NCBI GenBank assembly: GCA_943356375.1
Contig: CALRET010000003.1
Span: 1-36,418, forward strand
Direction of reading: 5' to 3'
Length of the DNA stretch: 36,418 nt
Source: Candidatus Nomurabacteria bacterium
GTDB taxonomy: Bacteria > Patescibacteriota > Minisyncoccia > Phycocordibacterales > UBA9973
Shown here: piece after piece, positions 28,326 to 36,418 of the stretch
How the letters are laid out: each line of letters starts with the position of its first letter
Position numbering within the stretch: position 1 is the first letter of the stretch
Position numbers and translations under genes: made by a program
Notes under the pieces: model-generated
Seen by the model: the letters and a program-made list of their open reading frames with translations, nothing else
What the model was told of the DNA's origin: nothing
Databases searched by the model: none

Positions 28326-28396
28326 TTGCGGAGGGCCGAATCGAACGGCCACCTCAAGGTTATGAGCCTTGCGAGATGCCTTTTCTCTACTCCGCT
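28326..28396 (-). tRNA. initiator tRNA-fMet(CAU)
   Basis: 1:72 mismatch (A:A), A11:U24 pair, CAAGG-CTCATAA-CCTTG arm. Confidence 0.87.
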
Positions 28397-28449
28397 ACGG
28401 TGAAAGCCCTATTATTATACAAAACGGGGAAAAAATCAACCCTCTACGA

Positions 28450-29076
28450 CTAGATTTGCCCCATATCACTCAATACTTCACCAAACTGATCGATTGCTAT
28501 TTTTGCATCTCGTTGAGAGAGTTCGAATGCAGACCCATCATGAGCAATACGATTTCTCACTTTATGTGCTTCCCACGCACTATCAATATTAGGTATATCA
28601 CTCTTGTCAGCATTTTTCAGACGATCACCAAGTGAATCACCGGGAATACCCATAGTTTTAGTCACCTCTTCAAGAATAGTATCTGCTTCGATAATAGCCA
28701 ATCGCCATTCTGATGAATTAACACTATCGACATGTTGCAGAACCTGTTCCCAGCGTGCGTTTTTAGGTGGAGCGATTTCAGCTTGTTTTTGTTTTGCAAA
28801 TAATGCTTTCATTTTTTCAGCTTCTTCTTTTTTGATCTCCCAAATACGTACCAATGAGTACAGAATAATCGTAATAAGGATGATTGCCAAAACGATAAGG
28901 AAATTTTTTAACATCACCCAAAAGAGAGATTCGGAAACGGAATTCAAAAGACCACCGTTGCTAGAATTTTTTGATGCATATCCAGAATCACGAAGTGGTA
29001 CGCCAACCCAAAGCAACAAGCGATACACTTGATAAAAGAAATAATCTAAATTTAAGAAATTAGTCAACCCATTCAT
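28450..29076 (-). CDS. membrane-anchored hypothetical protein
   Basis: TM segment, then W...WRLAIIEAD...G.SLGDRLK..AWEAHKVRNRIAH (RxxxxH, HEPN-like). Confidence 0.75.
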   Translation of the reverse strand: MNGLTNFLNLDYFFYQVYRLLLWVGVPLRDSGYASKNSSNGGLLNSVSESLFWVMLKNFLIVLAIILITIILYSLVRIWEIKKEEAEKMKALFAKQKQAEIAPPKNARWEQVLQHVDSVNSSEWRLAIIEADTILEEVTKTMGIPGDSLGDRLKNADKSDIPNIDSAWEAHKVRNRIAHDGSAFELSQRDAKIAIDQFGEVLSDMGQI

Positions 29077-29078
29077 AC

Positions 29079-30518
29079 TTATAATTGTACAGCACTTTCA
29101 AACGCTTTACCAATCGCAAAAAGTCGATCCTCGCAAAAGTGTGGCGCCATAAACTGAATACTATGCGGAAGTCCATTGTTTGTTTTTCCTGAAGGAATAG
29201 CAATCCCTGGAATACCTACAATATTTGCAGGGACAGTAAAGAGATCTGACATATACATAGCGAGTGGATCTTCTGTTTTCTCTCCTGCTTTAAATGGTGG
29301 AAACGGAGATGTAGGGGTCGCAATAACACCAACTGTTTCGAAAACTTTTTTAAATTCTTCTTCAATTTGAGTACGAACAATACCTGCGGTCCCATAAAAT
29401 GCATCATAATATCCGTGAGACAGAATATATGTACCTAAAAGGATTCTTCTTCGAACTTCTTTCCCAAATCCTTCCCCGCGGCTTTTTTCATATACATCAA
29501 GTAAGTCTCCTTCCTGATTCGAGTGTCCATATCGAATACCATCAAAACGTGCAAGATTACTCGACACCTCGGCTGGCTGTAAAATATAATAGGCAGCAAG
29601 AGAATATCGCGATACCGGAAGCTCAATATCAACAAGTTCATAACCGAGTTTTTTCAATATATTAAGTGATTCTTCAAAATTCTTTTTCACCTCTTCATCT
29701 ATTCCCTCCCCAGAAAGCCAATCACGCGGAACACCAACTCTGTTAGTTTGTAGTTTGTAGCTTGTAGCTTGTAGCTGTCTTGCCTCCATCGGTACTGATG
29801 TTGCTTCTAAAGGATCGTGACTGGTGATTGCCGAAAAAATAATTTCTGCATCACGCACAGTTTTAGCAAATGGACCAATCTGATCAAGCGAAGACGCCAT
29901 AGCCATGAGTCCTGATCGAGATACTGTTCCATACGTCGGTTTCATTCCTACGATTCCACAGAAGGCTGCAGGCTGTCTGATAGACCCTCCAGTATCAGAA
30001 CCAAGTGCAATCAGTGCTCCCTCCATAGCAACAGCAGCAGCAGAACCGCCTGATGAACCTCCAGGCACATAGTCTGGCGCAAGCGGATTTTTCGTTCTCC
30101 CAAATGCACTGTTTTCAGTCGATGAGCCCATGGCAAACTCATCCATATTGGTTCGTCCCAAAAATACCACTCCTTGTTTTTTTAAAATAGATACAACTGT
30201 ACTGTCATATGTTGCTGTATAATTTTCGAGCATCTTTGAAGATGCACTTGCGATATGACCAGCAAACAACATGTTATCTTTTAGTGCGATCGGGATACCT
30301 GTAAGGATAGTCGCAGTACCATCAGAAAACATTTTCTGTGCAGATAAAACTTGTTCATTAATATCATTATATATTTCGAGATATGCATTAATATCAGAAT
30401 TCTTCTCCGAAATCACCGCAAGATACCGATCAACAAGTTCGCGTACTGAAAATTCACCACCCCGCAGAGATTCATGTGCTTTTTCAATAGTTAAATTTTT
30501 TAGATCAATATTTTTCAT
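29079..30518 (-). CDS. gatA: Asp-tRNA(Asn)/Glu-tRNA(Gln) amidotransferase subunit A
   Basis: GRTNMDEFAMGSSTE, PGGSSGGSAAAV, GSDTGGSIRQPA, SSNLARFDG. Confidence 0.97.
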   Translation of the reverse strand: MKNIDLKNLTIEKAHESLRGGEFSVRELVDRYLAVISEKNSDINAYLEIYNDINEQVLSAQKMFSDGTATILTGIPIALKDNMLFAGHIASASSKMLENYTATYDSTVVSILKKQGVVFLGRTNMDEFAMGSSTENSAFGRTKNPLAPDYVPGGSSGGSAAAVAMEGALIALGSDTGGSIRQPAAFCGIVGMKPTYGTVSRSGLMAMASSLDQIGPFAKTVRDAEIIFSAITSHDPLEATSVPMEARQLQATSYKLQTNRVGVPRDWLSGEGIDEEVKKNFEESLNILKKLGYELVDIELPVSRYSLAAYYILQPAEVSSNLARFDGIRYGHSNQEGDLLDVYEKSRGEGFGKEVRRRILLGTYILSHGYYDAFYGTAGIVRTQIEEEFKKVFETVGVIATPTSPFPPFKAGEKTEDPLAMYMSDLFTVPANIVGIPGIAIPSGKTNNGLPHSIQFMAPHFCEDRLFAIGKAFESAVQL

Positions 30519-30796
30519 TACAGTATTTTTTTAACTTTCACATAATTCCCTTCGTGCGCCGGAGCTTCAGCAAGCACTACATTCGTATATGTTCCAGTTT
30601 CAATAGTAACCACATCATCTTTTCCTCTATTAATAAGATCTGGAATATTTTTCTCACCCACCATTCCTGCAACTTTTTGGACTTGTGCTACGTACTCCAA
30701 AATAGGATCCATACCTTTTGCGGCAGCTTCAAGTTCATCATCTGTAGCCGACAGACGAGCAAGACGAGCAAGTTTTTTAATATCTGAGATATTCAT
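30518..30796 (-). CDS. gatC: amidotransferase subunit C
   Basis: DIKKLARLARL...ILEYV...YVKVKKIL; coupled to gatA; start at ATG 30796. Confidence 0.9.
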   Translation of the reverse strand: MNISDIKKLARLARLSATDDELEAAAKGMDPILEYVAQVQKVAGMVGEKNIPDLINRGKDDVVTIETGTYTNVVLAEAPAHEGNYVKVKKIL

Positions 30797-30806
30797 AGAA
30801 GCAGTA

Positions 30807-30850
30807 TACCCGCACAGATACTTTCTTGCAAGAAAGTATCTGTGCGGGTA
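30807..30850. repeat. 44-bp perfect palindrome containing the gatC promoter
   Basis: tacccgcacagatactttcttg|caagaaagtatctgtgcgggta; minus strand TTGCAA-17-TATACT-6nt-ATG. Confidence 0.9.
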
Positions 30851-30906
30851 AGTTGACATAATCATATAATTTAAGTACTATTATATACAGTCATTAGTTC
30901 TTGTAT

Positions 30907-31242
30907 ATGAATCTTTTAATGGAACGCCTTATTGATAAGATAGAAATTTTTGATATATATTTAGATAAGATACCTCCGCTATTACGAGAATCTGAATGTA
31001 TTAAAAAACTTGATTCTTTCGTACATGGAGAAAATAAAATCGCAGAGCGATTTATTGCACTAGAAGAATCCTCTGATGAAGTTTGGGAGATTATTGAATA
31101 TTATCAATTAGAAAAATTAATTGGGGAAGCATTAGACTATCTAATAGATTTTCTAAAAAATATAGGGATTCTTCCAAAAATACTTATGGTAAAGACAGCT
31201 ACCAGACCGTTAGTTATGGAAACACACTATTCTTTAAACTAA
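30907..31242 (+). CDS. hypothetical acidic protein
   Basis: ORF between gatC and ligA, followed by a bidirectional terminator at 31244-31270. Confidence 0.55.
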   Translation: MNLLMERLIDKIEIFDIYLDKIPPLLRESECIKKLDSFVHGENKIAERFIALEESSDEVWEIIEYYQLEKLIGEALDYLIDFLKNIGILPKILMVKTATRPLVMETHYSLN

Positions 31243-31268
31243 CAAAAAAGCGATCACAAGATCGCTTT

Positions 31269-33317
<2,049 letters not shown>

Positions 33318-34037
33318 TTATGGAGTCAATGATTGTATCTGTGGTCCTCCTGGTAAGTCAACCACTGTGTCACCTGATCCTCCACCTGAAGGAACACCTC
33401 CACCACCAGGACCCCCTAAACTACCTGATCCCCCTGGACCACCACCTCCTGGTGGAAGAACTATTACTGGATTTGGATATGTTGCTCTTACTGAACGTTC
33501 AATAGATTTTGGAGATAAAACAGGTTGAAATGAACCATCACCTGTGCATTGAGCAGTAAAACCACGAGAAGTGATACGGGTATGTGATACAGATACACCA
33601 TTAACATCTATTGGAAAATTTTTGTTGACAGAAACAACCGCACAAGTATCTAGTGTTGGCGCAAACTCAAACATATACATGTCCAGTGATGGTGTACTAA
33701 ATGAAATTGTTTGATCATTACAATAAATTGGATTTAATTGTCCTGTATAAAAGACATTAGTATTATTCCCTATGTCCCAATACAATGCACATTCAGCTCC
33801 AGTATCAGCTGCGAAAAAAGCGATATTTGCATCTCTGGCTTCAGATGATAAGACCAATTCTTTATAAGTTACATTTGCAATACCAATCGCCATAGTAAGA
33901 ATAATACCGGCAATAAGAACAGTGAACAGAGCAACGAAACCACCTGAAGAGCTAATAGCTAGTAGCTTACAGCTTGTAGGTAAAGAATCCTGAACTCCGA
34001 CTTTGTTGTTTTTACTTTTTACCATTTGCTGTGTCAT
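33318..34037 (-). CDS. type IV minor pilin, PilX-like, with Gly/Pro-rich tail
   Basis: GF-VALF hydrophobic helix lacking E5; AFFAADTGAECALY. Confidence 0.8.
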   Translation of the reverse strand: MTQQMVKSKNNKVGVQDSLPTSCKLLAISSSGGFVALFTVLIAGIILTMAIGIANVTYKELVLSSEARDANIAFFAADTGAECALYWDIGNNTNVFYTGQLNPIYCNDQTISFSTPSLDMYMFEFAPTLDTCAVVSVNKNFPIDVNGVSVSHTRITSRGFTAQCTGDGSFQPVLSPKSIERSVRATYPNPVIVLPPGGGGPGGSGSLGGPGGGGVPSGGGSGDTVVDLPGGPQIQSLTP

Positions 34038-34038
34038 A

Positions 34039-34599
34039 TTATAGTATCCAATTAAATAAATTCTCTTCTGCTTTTACTGAATACACAGTGGTACTCGACC
34101 CCTGTGTCCAAGAAACTTCAGATATAATATTCAATTCGTCAGCAGAGAGATCTTGTGCTCTGAGTGTACGGTAAAATTTTGTCGCAGAAAAATTAGAATC
34201 TTGAATATACCCTTTTCCACCCGGACTATCATCATAGTAAACTAAACAATCAATAGGACTCACGCATGAAGTAAACGGCGGCGTACCACCATTCATCCAA
34301 AAAGTATAATCCAAACTACAACCATCCTGACAAGTAGGAATCATTAGATTAACAAAATCTGTCCACCCGGTATTACCCATAACAGTGGTATCACGAATAT
34401 TCCTCGTTAACTCAATTCCCTCTTGGGCAAGGTACGATGCAATAAGACGATTTTTTGCATACTGAACATCTCCTACTCCATGACTACTGATAACAATAAT
34501 ACCAAGGATTGAGAACGAGAAAATAAAAATCGCCACCAGTGTCTCAATAAGTGTGAATCCAGAATTTTTACTTTTTAGTTTTAACTTTTTACTTTGCAT
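34039..34599 (-). CDS. type IV minor pilin, PilV-like
   Basis: GFTLIETLVA prepilin motif; A.YLAQEGIE..RNIRD. Confidence 0.88.
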   Translation of the reverse strand: MQSKKLKLKSKNSGFTLIETLVAIFIFSFSILGIIVISSHGVGDVQYAKNRLIASYLAQEGIELTRNIRDTTVMGNTGWTDFVNLMIPTCQDGCSLDYTFWMNGGTPPFTSCVSPIDCLVYYDDSPGGKGYIQDSNFSATKFYRTLRAQDLSADELNIISEVSWTQGSSTTVYSVKAEENLFNWIL

Positions 34600-34604
34600 A
34601 TATA

Positions 34605-35273
34605 TTATTCATCTACTTGTCTCTGAGATATTATCGTCTCGAGCGCAAAGGGTGTCACCACTCCTCTATAGTCTATCACCCCTGCGAGACGAATTCGAAC
34701 GTACGGTTGACGAGCTGGACTTTCAGGAGTCGCAGAGCCAATAACTATAAAACCAGACTTTGCCATATCTATATGTACTTCTGTTGGAAGTAGATTATAA
34801 AAGTCATCGTTACTTGACGTCAGTCCAAATTCTGATTTCTGCAATATTCCATCATCACTTGTACCAGTTATTCTATAGACATATTCATCTCCTATGCCCG
34901 TAACAGGATCCCAATCTCCATCCACTTGTTCAAATGAAAACTGATAGGTTAAAACTGAACAATCGCCACCACTAGTTCCACAATTATACGCACTACCTAG
35001 TCTCGCATTACGCGCAATATCTTCCATAGCAAAACTGATCGTATCTATAACAGAACGAAGTTTTTGATTTTTCTTGTGTACTGATGTGACAGTAAGCACT
35101 GCACCGATCCCAATTAAAATAATAATCGTAAATAATCCTGCGGAAATCATCATTTCGATTAGCGTGAATCCAGCTGAGCAGGTTCTAGGTTCTAGGTGCG
35201 AGGTTCTAGAAGAATTCCCAATTCCGGATTTCAATTTGTATTTTGTAAATGGTAATTTAAAATTGTATTTCAT
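34605..35273 (-). CDS. type IV minor pilin, PilW-like
   Basis: GFTLIEMMIS prepilin motif. Confidence 0.87.
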   Translation of the reverse strand: MKYNFKLPFTKYKLKSGIGNSSRTSHLEPRTCSAGFTLIEMMISAGLFTIIILIGIGAVLTVTSVHKKNQKLRSVIDTISFAMEDIARNARLGSAYNCGTSGGDCSVLTYQFSFEQVDGDWDPVTGIGDEYVYRITGTSDDGILQKSEFGLTSSNDDFYNLLPTEVHIDMAKSGFIVIGSATPESPARQPYVRIRLAGVIDYRGVVTPFALETIISQRQVDE

Positions 35274-35276
35274 ATT

Positions 35277-35999
35277 TTATTGTGCGCTTATTTGTCCGAT
35301 TCGTGAGACTGAGACAGTACGTTCTTGTCCACGTGAAGACCTCAGTGTTATTTTAGCACTAATAAGTGTTCCAATATTAGGATCATTAACAGCAAAAGAT
35401 GCCTCTAGTTTCGGTCTCGTAAAAATAATATCAAGCGATTGGAAGGTTGATATAGAAGCAAGATGGGGACCATTTGCATCTATTACCTCTATTCCAGAAA
35501 TAATGAATTCATCTGGAAGTGACAAGACATCAATACACTCATTGTCTGAATAATGAACGACATCACAATATGAAGTAGAATTATCATATTCGCCAATAGT
35601 TGCCATATCAAAATCAGCAAAATAAACAAACTGAGTGTTTTCAGTAATATCAAAATGAACTCCATATGCAGGTTTAAGTCCATTAGCAAAATCTGTTGGT
35701 GTAAATGTATTACTCCCTTGGGTCACTTGTGGCGGCATACGCCCAGAGCTTCCAGAAAGTTGTGCTTGTCGGATTTGCAATGCAACATCTTGCACAAGAT
35801 TTTGCAATTTCACATTTGAACTAAAATCAGTAAAATTAAACATCACAACACTAGAGAGGGCTGCAAAAATAGAAATGACGATGATGAGCTCGACGAAAGT
35901 AAAACCAGATGTTCGTGAAGCTTGAAGCTTGAAGCTTGAAGCAGAAAAATCCTTAGTCCCAACATTTTTCTTTTTACTTTTTTCTTTTTGCTGTGTCAT
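35277..35999 (-). CDS. type IV minor pilin, FimT/FimU/GspH-like
   Basis: GFTFVELIIV motif, IRQAQ, C-terminal GQI; start moved to ATG 35999. Confidence 0.87.
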   Translation of the reverse strand: MTQQKEKSKKKNVGTKDFSASSFKLQASRTSGFTFVELIIVISIFAALSSVVMFNFTDFSSNVKLQNLVQDVALQIRQAQLSGSSGRMPPQVTQGSNTFTPTDFANGLKPAYGVHFDITENTQFVYFADFDMATIGEYDNSTSYCDVVHYSDNECIDVLSLPDEFIISGIEVIDANGPHLASISTFQSLDIIFTRPKLEASFAVNDPNIGTLISAKITLRSSRGQERTVSVSRIGQISAQ

Positions 36000-36003
36000 T
36001 TTT

Positions 36004-36418
36004 TTATCCGAATAACAATGCAATTGAACCCAAATCAAACCCACAGAAAAATACAATGGCGAGAGCGGTGACCAAAAATGGCGCAAATGGGAGCGGGGTT
36101 TTTGTGGTAAATGTACGACCTTTAACAACAAGCAGAAATACCCCAACAAGTGCACCAAGCCAAAATGCCATAAGAAGTGTGGTTGCTCCACCAGATAAAC
36201 CAAGAAGGAATCCAATACCCAACATGAGTTTTGCATCACCTAACCCCATCATTTCACCCTTTGAGAAAAACCAAATTGCCCAAAATGGAAATGCGAGAAT
36301 TGGACCCGCTAATACATGCCACAACCCTGGTAATGAGAATGTTTGGAAAACACCATCACCAAAAAACATTCCAATAAATGCGAGACCTGCAAAAAGATAG
36401 ACCAATCTATCTGGAATA
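36004..36418 (-). CDS. pilD: prepilin peptidase (3' part, runs off window)
   Basis: MGLGDAKL catalytic GxGD motif, LPFAPFL. Confidence 0.9.
   Translation of the reverse strand, partial: IPDRLVYLFAGLAFIGMFFGDGVFQTFSLPGLWHVLAGPILAFPFWAIWFFSKGEMMGLGDAKLMLGIGFLLGLSGGATTLLMAFWLGALVGVFLLVVKGRTFTTKTPLPFAPFLVTALAIVFFCGFDLGSIALLFG

Noticed and set aside
36000-36239. N-terminal extension of the 320-aa pilin ORF
   Set aside because: It overlaps pilD; ATG 35999 gives a leader homologous to that of the PilX-like gene.

Overview
This is a low-GC chromosomal segment that looks like Patescibacteria/CPR (Parcubacteria-like), inferred from 16S signatures, a minimal RF2, many leaderless promoters and gene content. 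It uses the standard code 11 (TGA stops, RF2 present). The window holds most of a minus-strand 16S rRNA gene that appears interrupted near E. coli position 1396/1397, housekeeping genes (secG, rnj, mutY, pyrG, ftsEX, prfB, tag, pyrE, gatCA, ligA), a type IV minor-pilin cluster with pilD, and five tRNAs. tRNA-Asp(GUC) is split at position 35/36 by a group I intron. The most notable observations are: (1) free-standing LAGLIDADG and HNH endonuclease genes sit between tRNAs, and each carries a copy of a neighbouring tRNA's anticodon loop at the same position in its promoter; (2) a family of strand-biased 7-bp tandem arrays occurs in pilin leaders, enzyme loops and 5' regions; (3) two loop-less palindromes each form a leaderless sigma70 promoter; (4) a non-RpoA protein carries a Bacteroidota-like alpha-CTD; (5) several unexplained structured RNA/DNA elements lie beside tRNAs. 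No database searches were run, so family calls rest on motif recognition.
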